From positions 25,112,001 through 25,176,000 of the forward strand of contig NC_086118.1 in the NCBI RefSeq assembly GCF_963921235.1: a DNA stretch of 64,000 nucleotides, written 5' to 3'. The notes under the pieces are model-generated. The model searched no databases. It saw only the letters and a program-made list of their open reading frames with translations, and was not told where the DNA came from. The stretch is from Mobula hypostoma. Its lineage: Eukaryota. Below are positions 26,070 through 37,355 of the stretch, piece by piece. The position numbers and the translations under genes are program-made. Numbering within the stretch: position 1 is the stretch's first letter; each line of letters opens with the position of its first letter.

Positions 26070-26720
26070 ATCCATAGAGCACAGAAACAGGCCCTTCAGC
26101 CCACTAATCGGTGCTGATCATTAAGTACCCATTTACACTAGGAGTGCATTACTGTAATGTGATCTTATCTTCCCCATACTCTCATATTCTGTCCCCAGAT
26201 TATACCAATCATCAACATACACAGGGCGATTTGCAAGGCACATTAACTGACCATGCCACATGTCTTTAGTCCATGCAATGAAACCAGAGCACACAGAGGA
26301 AACCCGCCTCGTCAAAAGGATAGTTGCACAGGTCAAGATACAACCCGGGTCACTGAAGCTGTTATAGCTGCACCAATCTACTACCCTCTGTTCATCTGGT
26401 CCATGTCGGCTCCCAGGAGAGTAGTCTCATAAGGCCTAATTCTCCCCATCTTATTCCCCTCTGCCCCTGCAATATACATTCTCTTGTATTTGATGATCAA
26501 CTCTCTTTTTATTCTTTTTGCCATTAATTTACCCTAGGGTGTCATTCCAAGTAGATAGTAAACCTATTGGGGCATCTTTGGGATAGATCAGGAAGTGAAT
26601 ACACTTGGGTGTGAAACCAATCCAATCCCAGTGAGAAAGTCCAAACTTCACATGATCAGTACTCTAGGCCAGGATGAAAGACAGATATCACAAGTTGTGG
26701 AACAGCAGCGCTATTGGCAG
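26070..26720 (-). mobile_element. Two degenerate V-SINE-like elements
   Basis: acagaaacaggcccttcagccca (CR1-like tail), gaaaccagagcacacagaggaaaccc and gagaaagtccaaacttcaca. Confidence 0.5.
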
Positions 26721-26974
26721 TGTCCAGATCTGATCTGAAATTGTCTTGATTGCCTATCTACATTTTCCTTTGCTTTGTCGTATTGTTAAACAGTAGTATT
26801 ATTTATAAGTAGGGCTCTTTCTGTATTGCACTAGCCTGCTGCCCACACATGTGCAAACTTCATTCAGCTGTAGTCAGAATTCAGAAGCTGGATTTTAGCT
26901 CATTATCGATTCACTGAAGCATATGCTACATTGTGGTTTATGCAAAACAAAGGTCCTCTATCTGTACAATAACA

Positions 26975-27770
26975 CCCTCTGATAGTAAAGGTCTACAGTG
27001 AGACACTGGAAAATTGGACCACTTGCCATATCTTGGAAGCCATATCTCTTTGATGGTAAATATTGATGACAGATCTCATCATCACCTTGCTTACCTGAGG
27101 AAAAGAATGCATAAAGATCAAATCTTCAACTCAGCACAGAGCTTATGGTTTATTGGACAACAGTGTGTCCCACTGTTCTGTATGCTTCTGAGGCATGGAA
27201 TACCAATAGCAAGCACGTCAAGGCATTGCAAAGATACCACCAACACGTGCTCTGAAAAATCCTCCAATTATATTAGCAAAATAAGCAAACCAATATCAGT
27301 GTTGCCCCCCTATTAAACACTCCAATATCACTCAGTTTGTTCTGCTTCAAAGGCCATGTCATCTCCATGCCCGTTACTGGACCACTGAAATATAAATATA
27401 AATTGTAAATGATGTCACAATACGAGATTATCAGGTAGACAGGGGAGAAGATGAAAAAATGTTTTCGAAGCTTCTTTGAAGATGTGCAATATCCCCACTG
27501 AATCTTTGACCCGCGACTGCTCAAAATCAAGAACGAGCATTCAGACTGCAATGAGAATCTTGGATCCATTTGTTGAGGAAACACAGAAGCCAGCGTAACT
27601 AACAGAAAGAGTATACCATCTCCCACATTACCCACCTGTCAAGTATCTACTGTGCCACCTATGGCAACGTTTGTGGGACCCACATTAATCTCATCAGCCA
27701 TTTGTCAGAATTCATAGAACTTCAGTGAATCAAGTCATCCTCATTCCTAAAGGACAACCTACGACAGAAT
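26975..27770 (+). mobile_element. RTE-clade LINE 3' fragment, old
   Basis: ETLE..DHLPYLGSH motif; 3' end caagtcatcctcattcctaaaggacaacct. Confidence 0.65.
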
Positions 27771-28639
27771 GGCTGAACAGACTTGTTGAGCCAAATAGCT
27801 ATTGTTGTTTTTGCTGCTTTTTAAAAAAAAACTGCATCTTCTCACTTTCACCTCAATGACACAATCACCTCACTTTCTACAGCATTAAATACAAACAGTA
27901 TATGACAATAGTCTTTAATCCATTCCAGGAAACTTCTATCTGGAGAGTTAATGTATCAGGGAGCCATTTAAATAAATGGAGGAGGCTACTGATCAAAAAT
28001 CACACATAACTAGAAGTATCATTGAATATTGAATATCTGGCTCCTTTTCTTTCTAGTAAAATATATGAATTTGTATTTGCTTTATCTGAATGATGCTAAA
28101 TTTGTGATTCTAAGTTAGTGACAGAATGTCATCAAATGTTCTTTTTTTTATTTAGGAGTATATTGGGAAATCTCCAATTCACAGTTCCCTGAATAGAGTA
28201 AAGAATGTAACCTATCAGTCCCTCTGGATCTTTTTCTGGCTGCCGAGAACAAGAAATTTTGTGACAAAATATGTGACAACTGGCTGATTAATATATTTCA
28301 GAAGCAACAAGAATTACCAGTCATGTGATTCGGTTTGCATTGTGAAGGACACATTTATAACAGGTTATACCCTTAATTTAGTTACTATAGCAATACCCTA
28401 GCTTCTAGTCTGACTGTAGATACCAGCAGATGTAATTGTACTTTTCTTTTTGTTTCATTTGGCGTAGAGAATGTTTCATGGTTATTTGATTTAGAGAGGC
28501 AACACAGCTGAATTCATTCCTTCTTTTCCCCGTTTTCCCAACTTGTACTTCTAACCTCGGTATTGGCAAATAACAATGAAGAACCAGAACTTTTCTGTTA
28601 ACATTAGTTTGAATGCATTTGTTGCCATTTTATTTGGGA

Positions 28640-29060
28640 TCTGACATACATGATCAAGCAGCCTATTTAGTTGGTACCCTGTACACTAATTAAACATTCA
28701 CTCCCTCCATCACCATCAAAACATGGCTGCAGTATGCACTGTCTACCAAGTGCACTACAGTCACTTCCCTAAGCTCCTGTGATGACACTTCTTGAACCCT
28801 TGACCTCCATCACCAAGAAGGATGAGAGAGTCTGGTGAGTGGTTCTCAGACAAGTCACACACTATCCTGACATTGCTAATCCTTCTTCGTTGCTGGGTTT
28901 AGATGACATTACTCCCTACCCGAAGAAACAGTGGGAGCAACTTCACCAGAAGACTTTCAGGAGTTCAAGAAAGAGCCCACCACCTTCTCAAAGGCAATTA
29001 AGCATAGACAATAAACACCTCCCTTTCTGGTAATGCTCACATCTTGTAAGTGAATAAAAA
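28640..29060 (+). mobile_element. CR1-group LINE 3' fragment, old
   Basis: attcactccctccatcacc...cccaccaccttctcaaaggcaatta...caataaa (recalled chondrichthyan LINE tail). Confidence 0.5.
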
Positions 29061-30469
29061 CTGGCAAAGTAGAACTGAGTACGGCCAAGTGAGCTTGAAT
29101 TCAATATAGAGTTTAGATTTTCCTTTTGAATATGCTGCTTAACACTTGGGTGAAATATTTAATTAATTGGCACTTTATGTTTTTTAAAGTTTTCTCTGGG
29201 AAAGATCTCTGATGCATATTACACCTTACCATGTTCTCTAAAATATATATACATAGAACAGAGTTCTCTTAATCTCTAAAGTTCTGTTGGTAACCATAGT
29301 TTTCTGCATTGTTAGCAGTTCTTCCGATGAATCATAAACCAATGACCATTAAGTACTTATTAACTCAGTTGACATCAGATCCATTTTGCTGCGTTGATCC
29401 TACTCAGCAGCTAATCTAAACATAGAAAATGGGATTATATAACAAAAACTAACTGAAGCTCAGGGCAGTTTCAAGAACGTAACTCTATCCAGTTCGTTCC
29501 AACCCAAAAGATTTTTAACGTCTAAAGACAGAAGCTTGATATTAAAGTCCTGGAGTTAGTTAAGACACCATCCTCTCTGAATTTAAGTTTTCTTCTTCAG
29601 CTGTTTGCGTTGTAAATGGCATGCATAACAGCTGCTCTGGTGAGTAACAGATCAGGGAATTGTTATGAAGCATAAGGGAACCATTGCCAGAAGAAGCATT
29701 GGCCACACTTGAATTGGATTTTCAAGCTTATTTCAGGAATATTGCAATGAGCAGGGCTCTAACAGCCGTTTTCTGTGCAACAGTGGCAGCAGGAAATATC
29801 AAGCAAGACAATAGACTTCACGGAATATTGATGATCACTGATATCAATGACCACTCTCCGTAAGGATACAACAATCTTTGTGAAAATGACTTTGTTTCTT
29901 CTAGTATCAGGTGGACTTACCATCAGTTCAAAGGGTATACCTGCTATTTGCAGCTATGATGTCTTGAAGATAGCTAGGAAGCCAACAGCTTAGAAGAATT
30001 CATATAGGTGGTTAACAAGAAGTGCAAATATTTGCCTAAAAGTCCGCATGCACCCAAATGGGTGTGGTGGATGGGGAAGGGGGTTTGAAGAAGAATAGAA
30101 ATGATGTTTTGGCTCATGTGCAACAGGCAGACGTGGGAAAAATTAGATTTTCTCCTTGGGTAGTGAGGAGCAGACCCAAGGAAACTTAGAACCATAGCAG
30201 GGAGACCCAGGATTGCAGCCGAGGTTTGGACACCATGATAAAATGTATGGGATCTCCAAATAAGATCTCCATTGAGGGCTGGAGGGTAGATGGATTGCAA
30301 GTTTGAGGGATGTCTTCAAGACCTAGTAGGCATGAAAGAAAACGTTGGAAATGCCAGAATGATTAAGAATAGTTAGGAGAATTAAGCTAACAGTGACACT
30401 TGTCTGTGTTGCACTGAGGAGATCTTCTTTTTATGGGGATGACCATAATGACAATTTAGGTTACATTCA

Positions 30470-30560
30470 GGCAACACACAGAAAATGCTTGAGGAACTCA
30501 GCAGGCCAGACAGCATCTATGGAAAATAGTCCGGTCGACGTTTCAGGCTGAAACCCTCTA
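30470..30560 (-). mobile_element. Penelope-like pseudo-LTR fragment
   Basis: Reverse complement reads agggtttcagcctgaaacgtcgac...gatgctgtctggcctgctgagttcctcaagc. Confidence 0.7.
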
Positions 30561-30957
30561 CGTTCACCTACTTACAGTAATCTCAAAAATTAAAATGTGA
30601 GAAGAATAGTGTCATTTTGTGTGACTCTGATGTGGAATTCATTTCAGGAATTCAAGGTTGTCACGCGCTTCGAAGCTCTTAGTGTCATTTCAGGAGTTAG
30701 GCAATATAAATGGAAATGGATGTTGTAGAAATTTACTCCACAAGCCGATCAGTTTAGAATTACGCACAGAGAAAAGGCAGTATAATGTGATGGGAATTTC
30801 AGTCTAATTCCTCTTACTAACTCTACATTCAGCACCTTTTATAGTTCACTCAAAATAAAGACTGGAACAAACCACAGGATAATGCAGAAACAAAAATAAC
30901 AAAGCAAAGATTCTCTATAATAAATTGTTATTTTAAAATCTATTGCAGATTAAAATA

Positions 30958-31485
30958 GTTCAAAGTAAATTTATTATCAAAATACATATATGTCACCATA
31001 TACTAAATCCTATGCTGAGGTTCATTTTATTGCAGGCATTCACAGTAGATACCAAGGAAGACAAGAGAGTCAGTGAAAAACTACACAAACAACCAATGAC
31101 AAAAAAGACAGAAAAAATTGTTCAAATACAAAAAGAAAACCAAAAAAAACTAATAATAATACTGAGAACATGAAGAGTAGAGTACTTGAAAGTGAGTCCG
31201 TAGGTTGTGGAATCAGTTCAGTTTTGAGGTGAATGAAGTTATCTACTCTGGGTCAGGAGCCTGTTGGTTGAGGGGTAATAGCTGTTCCTGAACCTGGTAG
31301 TGTGGGACCTAATGCTCCTGTACCTCCTTCCTGATGGCAGCAGTGAGAAGAGAGTGCATGATCTGGTTTGCTGGGGTCCTTGATGATGGATGTTGCTTCC
31401 GCAAGAATGCTCTCCTTGTAGATGTGCTCAGTGGTGGGAAGACTTTACCTGTGATGGACTGGGCCTGAATCCACTACTTTTTTTA
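30958..31485 (-). mobile_element. Rex1/Babar LINE 3' end fragment
   Basis: Same LFSLLPSGRRYR / TTRFRNSYYPST region and tail as 890-1345. Confidence 0.82.
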
Positions 31486-31879
31486 GTTGAAGAAATTCCA
31501 ATTCATATGTACATTGCTGGCCTTCTATGGCTATAGTTTTTGCCAAGAATTAATTATGACTTAAATTACTACTAAAACCTCATTCATATCTCAAGTGGCA
31601 CATTTTAACAATTCCAAGATATTTTACAGCAGAACAGTAGGGATGTTTAACAGTACATTTACTCTCCCTGAAGTAAACTATGGCGGGCTTTGAAATAATG
31701 CTCACTGTAGAGGAACAGTTAATATGATGACAGTAACTAGATATCAATATTTAACTCTGCTTGTGTGCCTCCAGAAATTGTTGTAAGTTTCACTGAGTAA
31801 TGATGGTGAGAGGCGATAATTTAGCCATCATTACCATAACGCTATCCTGCTGGGTGATTTTCTGAAAATATACGGAGTG

Positions 31880-33215
31880 TTCTCAGGTTGACAGGCTGTG
31901 TGGAATAAATGGCAGGGATTGGTGATTGTACCACAGCTTTTCACAATGTCCACTGAAAGTTCAAATTTGTTTGTTGATAATACTAAATAGGATGCGATTT
32001 GGCACACAATGGAGAATATAAAGAGATGTCATGGTGAATGGACAAGCTGAGTGAGTGTTCAAAAACATGGCAGATTGAATAAAATGTAGGAATATGTGAG
32101 GTTGTCAAATGGACAAGTGGAAAATCTGTTAAATGGTGAGAGATTCAGTCGTGTTGGTATTCAAAAGGACCTGGTAGTACTTGTAAACAAATCACAGAGT
32201 GCCACCATGCAGGTGAAGAAAGTGATTACATTTCTATCATTCCACTTTCCTTTTCAACATCTGAAGCTCATTGAGCCTATGGTAGCTCACAATGTAATCC
32301 AATTCCCCACTATTTTTCTAAATAATCTATTCTGCCCACATTCCCGTCAACTCCCTCCACCCCGATTCACCTACACACCAATTGTTGTTCATTTTCCCAG
32401 CTCGTGGTGCAGCAGACAGCATTTTTGCCACTTCCTACACATTGGTCTGTTTTTCTTTACGAGACCGAGTTGCTAGGGGCCGGAATCAAACACAAGACCA
32501 TTTGCCTCAAAGGCCAGTTCTGATGCCACAACACCACCAGCTGGCTTCACACCTATACACTAGGGCTAACTTACAATAGCCAATAACTCACCACACAATT
32601 GTCTAGGAGCTTGGAGAGACTTTATGTTATATAACAGTTTTGGACTTTTGAATTAAGAAACAGTGTTTTTGCTCTAGATGGAGTGGAGTAAATATTCATT
32701 AGACTGGTTAAAGGGATGGTGGGTTTACCATATGAGGAGAGGGATTTTATTCTCTAGAGCAGGAGTTCCCAACTTGGGGTACATGGACCCCTTGATTAAT
32801 GGTATTGATCCATGGCACAAAAAAGGTTGGGAACTCCTACTCTAGATTTTAGAGGAATGAGAGGAGTTCTCACTGTAACAAGCAAAATTTTAAGGGCTTG
32901 ACAAGCAAAATGTAGAAAAGATGTTTACCTGGCTGAGGTGTCAATGGGCAAAGTTGGACCAAAAGGGGCCAACCATTTATAACAGAGAGAAAGAGAAATT
33001 TCTTCACTCAAGATGAGCTTAAGTGTTTGGAATAATTTATTTCAGAGATTTTTGTGGTAATTCAAAACAGAGGTGAACCAATTTCTGGACATTATAAAAA
33101 TCAAAAAAATAAGACTGAAACAAGGCTGTGGTAGGAGATCGGACACAATCTTAGAGAATGGCCTAGCAGACTCAAAGGGTAAGGTGACCTGCTTATGTTT
33201 GCTGTTTCTTCACTT
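31880..33215 (+). mobile_element. Old CR1 RT fragment with nested SINE-like and MITE insertions
   Basis: gacaagctgagtgag...atggcagattgaat, gtattcaaaaggacctgg and gagaaatttcttcactcaag. Confidence 0.6.
32760..32839. mobile_element. 80-bp hAT (Charlie-like) MITE
   Basis: TIRs caggagttcccaac / gttgggaactccta; 8-bp TA-centred TSD ctctagag / ctctagat. Confidence 0.85.
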
Positions 33216-34098
33216 CATTTGTTCTTATGCTCAACATACACCCAAAATCATAACTGGTCTTGGCAGTTTGACTGTACTGTTTATCCAGCGTGGTAAGTGA
33301 ATAGTGTGGGAGTAGCTAGCAAAAAGGAATGTGCAGGAGAAACAGAGACAAGTTTGTTGTCATTCATTCAGAGTTCTGTGCACAATCATTCCTGCCTTAG
33401 CATGTCTCTGCACTTGTCTGTACTGTGCAGATGCTCTCTTTAAGTATCTATTTTATTCCCACTTTAAATGATCAGCTTTTATTATTGTTCCAAATTCAGT
33501 CTGTATCCAAATAAAACATCCTGAGATATTAACACGGCTATGTCGGAATCAGAATCAGAATCAGCTTTAATAACACCAGCATATGTTGTGAAATTAGTTA
33601 ACTCTACGGCAGCAGTACAATGAATTACATGATAAGTAAATGTAGGGAACAAAAAAACTAAGTTACATTAAGTTTATCTATGTCTATTATATAGTTAAGT
33701 TAAAATGAGTCGTGCAAAAACAGAAATAAAAAAAAATTAGTAAGGTAGTCTTTATGGGTACAATGTCCATTTAGAAATGGGATGGCAGAGGGAAATAAGC
33801 TGTTCCTGAATCGCTGAGCGTGTGCCTTCAGACTTCTGTACCTCTTTTCCAATGGTAACGGTGTGAAGAGGGCACGTCCCGGTTGGTGGGCATCCTTAGT
33901 GATGGATGCCGCCTTCCCAGGGCACCGCTCCTTGAGATGTCTTGGATTCTACGGAGGCTGGTATTCATGATGGAGCTGACTAATTTTACAAGTTTCTGCA
34001 ACTTACTTCGATCTTGTGCAGTAGCCCCTTCATGCCAGGTGGTGATGCAGCCTGTCAGAATGCTCTCCATTTGTAGACATTTTTGAGTGTTTTAGTTG

Positions 34099-34945
34099 TG
34101 TGACAAGAATACACATAGATTAAGATGTTAGCTGTCCTGTGTGATCAGCAGTTGGTCTGCCACCTGTCTTCAGAAGAGAGAGAGAACAAAAACAATGGAG
34201 CAGCATTTGGAGATGTGTAATGAAGGGACAGGAGAGAGAGAAATAGAAGGAGGGAGCTGTCAAGAGCGGCTCCCCCTTTGAACCCTGAACTGTTTGAAGT
34301 GATGGACAGGCGATACCCCAGCAGGTGGATAAAAAGGGACAGGTTCGCTAAGGCGACACACACACGACACCCGAGGTAACAAGACCCTGGAAGCGGTGCG
34401 TCTCTCACAAGTCGGTGGGAAGTACCGGGCCATAAACGCACAGGGTGGAAAGGGACGATCAGCGGGAACCTGGTGTGTGTCCACCCTTGCCTGGGTGCCA
34501 GGTTCAGCGCAGGGAAACGATCGTATCTGGAAACGGAGGGGGTCACGGTTGGTGACCTCAGATGACATCACAAAGGACTCGCCCGAAAGCTGACTGCGAA
34601 GGTCTGTGTGGAAGCCTTGAATATTCATTCGTTTTTGCTCTCTCTCTCCTTCCCCCACACTGTCCATCTCCCACGGCAGTGATTACTGCGAACTGAACTG
34701 AACTTTGCGTCACTTTGAAACTGGTCATTTGCCCCTAGACAACGATAGAGCTTGATTGATCCTGTTATCTGAATTCTGTGTACATGTATGTTTATCATTG
34801 CTGAACTGTTGCATTCATTATCCTTTTGATTAGAGTACTGTGTTGCTTGTTTCTTTAATAAAACTTTCTTAGTTCTAGTAATCCAGACTCCAACTGAGTG
34901 ATCCATTTCTGCTGGTTTGGCAACCCAGTTACGGGGTACGCAACA
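34099..34945 (+). mobile_element. Solo LTR, 847 bp (Gypsy- or ERV-like)
   Basis: TGTGAC...GCAACA termini, exact 4-bp TSD GTTG, GATAAAAA box at about 34329 and AATAAA at 34857. Confidence 0.92.
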
Positions 34946-35266
34946 GTTGACAGACCAAATCTCCTCAAGCTCCTAATGAAATATAGCCACTGTCTTGCCT
35001 TCTTTATAGCTGCATCAATATGTTGCGTTCAGATTAGGTCCTCAGAGATATTGACACCCAGGAATTTGAAATTGCTCACTCTCTCCAAATCTGATCTCTT
35101 GATGAGCATTGGTTTGTGTTCCCTCGCCTTGCCCTTTCTGAAATCCACTTTGATCTTGCTGATGTCGAATGCAAGGTTGCTGCTGTGACACCACTCAACT
35201 AACTGGTATATCTTACTCCTAGACGCACTTCCGTTAATATCTGAAATTCTGCCATCAGCGGTTGTA

Positions 35267-36489
35267 TACCAGCCCCGACTAGGAGTTGAGGATGTCATCG
35301 TCTACCTGCTGAACCGTGTCTACGCCCACCTGGACAAGCCAGCGAGCACTGGGAAGGTCATGTTCTTTGACTTCTCCAGTGTGTTCAACACCATCTGCCC
35401 TGCCCTGCTGGGGGAGAAGCTGACAGCAATGCAGGTGGATGCTTTCCTGGTGTCATGGATTCTTGATTACCTGACTGGCAGACCACAGTACGTGTGCTTG
35501 CAACACTGTGTGTCCGGCAGAGTGATCAGCAGCACTGGAGCTCCACAGGGGACTGTCTTATCTCCCTTTCCCTTCACCATTTACACCTCGGACTTCAACT
35601 ACTGTACAGAGTCTTGCCATCTTCAGAAGTTTTCGGATGACTCTGCCATAGTTGGATGCACCAGCAAGGGAGATGAGGCTGAGTACAGGGCTACAGTAGG
35701 AAACTTTGTCACATGGTGTGAGCAGAATTATCTGCAGCTTAATGTGAAAAAGACTAAGGAGCTGGTGGTAGACTGGAGGAGAGCCAAGGTACCGGTGACC
35801 CCTGTTTCCATCCAGGGGGTCAGTGTGGACATGGTGGAGGATTACAAATACCTGGGGATACGAATTGACAATAAACTGGACTGGTCAAGGAACACTGAGG
35901 CTGTCTACAAGAAGGGTCAGAGCCGTCTCTATTTCCTGAGGAGACTGAGGTCCTTTAACATCTGCCAGACAATGCTGAGGATGTTCTACAAGTCTGTGGT
36001 GGCCAGTGCTATCATGTTTGCTGTTGTGTGCTGGGGCAGCAGGCTGAGGGTAGCAGACACTGACAGAATCAACAAACTCATTCGTAAGGCCAGTGATGTT
36101 GTGGGGATGGAACTGGACTCTCTGACGGTGGTGTCTGAAAAGAGGATGCTGTCCAAGTTGCATGCTATCTTGGACAATGTCTCCCATCCACTACATAATG
36201 TACTGGGTGGGCACAGGAGTATATTCAGCCAGAGACTCATTCCTCCGAGATGCAGCACAGAGCATCATAGGAAGTCATTCCTGCCCGTGGCCATCAAACT
36301 TTCCAACTCCTCCCTTGGAGGGTCAGACACCCTGAGCCAATAGGCTGGTCCTGGACTTACTTCCTGGCATAATTTACATATTACTATTTAACTGTTTATG
36401 GTTTTATTACTATTTATTATTTATGGTGCAACTGTAACGAAAACCAATTTCCCCCGGGATCAATAAAGTATGACTATGACTATGACTAT
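35267..36489 (+). mobile_element. Young 5'-truncated Rex1 LINE with an uninterrupted RT frame
   Basis: Open frame 35267-36343 (YQPRLGVED, FFDFSS, GAPQGTVLSP, KFSDD, YKYLG), then AATAAA at 36462 and a (TATGAC)n tail. Confidence 0.95.
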
Positions 36490-37237
36490 CATCAGCAAGT
36501 TTATAGATGGCATTTGAGCTGTGCTTAGCCACACAGTCATGATTGTAGAGATTAGAGCAGTCGGCTAAGCACATATCCCTGTGGCGCGCCAGTGTTGATT
36601 GTCAGCGAGGTGGAGATGTTATTTCCAATCTGCACAGATTGTGGTCTTCCAATTAGGAAGTTAAGGATCCAGTTGCAGAGGGAGATACAGAGGCCTAGGT
36701 CCTGTAGCTTTTCAATGTGTGGACTTCATGACGTGTTCATTTAAGCAGGCTTCAGATTGAAGATTGATCTAATTTTAATTTTCTTCAAATCACCTCTTTA
36801 AAATCTTTATGAAAGATGTTAATAGAAGACTACTGGAAGGATATGGAGTTAAAGGGAGAGATTAATCAACTTCGGTGAATTGACGTGAAATGAACTTGAT
36901 TGCAGATATATGACAAAAATGTGCAATAAGATGACATTCTCTGATGTCACATAAGTCACATGTTCACAGAATAGTTCAGAAGAATATGTAAATATTGATG
37001 GTGCTCTGTTATTTCAGCTATATATATGTTTACTCCTCTGTAGTTGGAAAGCCTCAAGAAACAAAATGTACAGTATACAAAGTCATTAAAACTGTTATAC
37101 TAATATGGTCAATCTCAGTTCTCACTGCTCATTATAAATAAGCTATAGTAATTATAAGAACTTTTAACATTAGAGGTGGGTTTTTTTTAATTTATTTGAA
37201 GCATCTTTTTCACAATTCCTTTACTTTATGCAATCAG

Positions 37238-37355
37238 GTGGCAGCAGTCTTCAAAGTCATCGGGATTGTCAAGCAATCTGCAGTCATCTGGTGCCAAGGC
37301 TGATGCGCTCAGGGAAGAAATGGAAGAAGCAGCAAATCGTGTGGAGATCTGCAGG
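37238..37355 (+). CDS. ARHGAP44: ARHGAP44 coding exon (BAR domain), 118 nt
   Basis: caatcag|G TGG CAG CAG...TGC AGG|gtaccc; encodes WQQSSKSSGLSSNLQSSGAKADALREEMEEAANRVEICR; phase fits the previous exon. Confidence 0.94.

Larger units (their letters stand above)
33547..36715 (-). mobile_element. Older Rex1/Babar LINE split into three pieces by nested insertions
   Basis: (gaatca)3 tail at 33547; ESILTGCITTW (to 34098), ERVSNFKFLGVNISEDL (34946-35266) and IYKLADD / INTGAPQG (36490-36715). Confidence 0.9.

Noticed and set aside
35360..36343. 327-aa RT ORF as a domesticated gene or retron-like system
   Set aside because: It is a 5'-truncated Rex1 with its own tail, lacking the endonuclease and RT N-terminus; the intact frame is explained by its youth.
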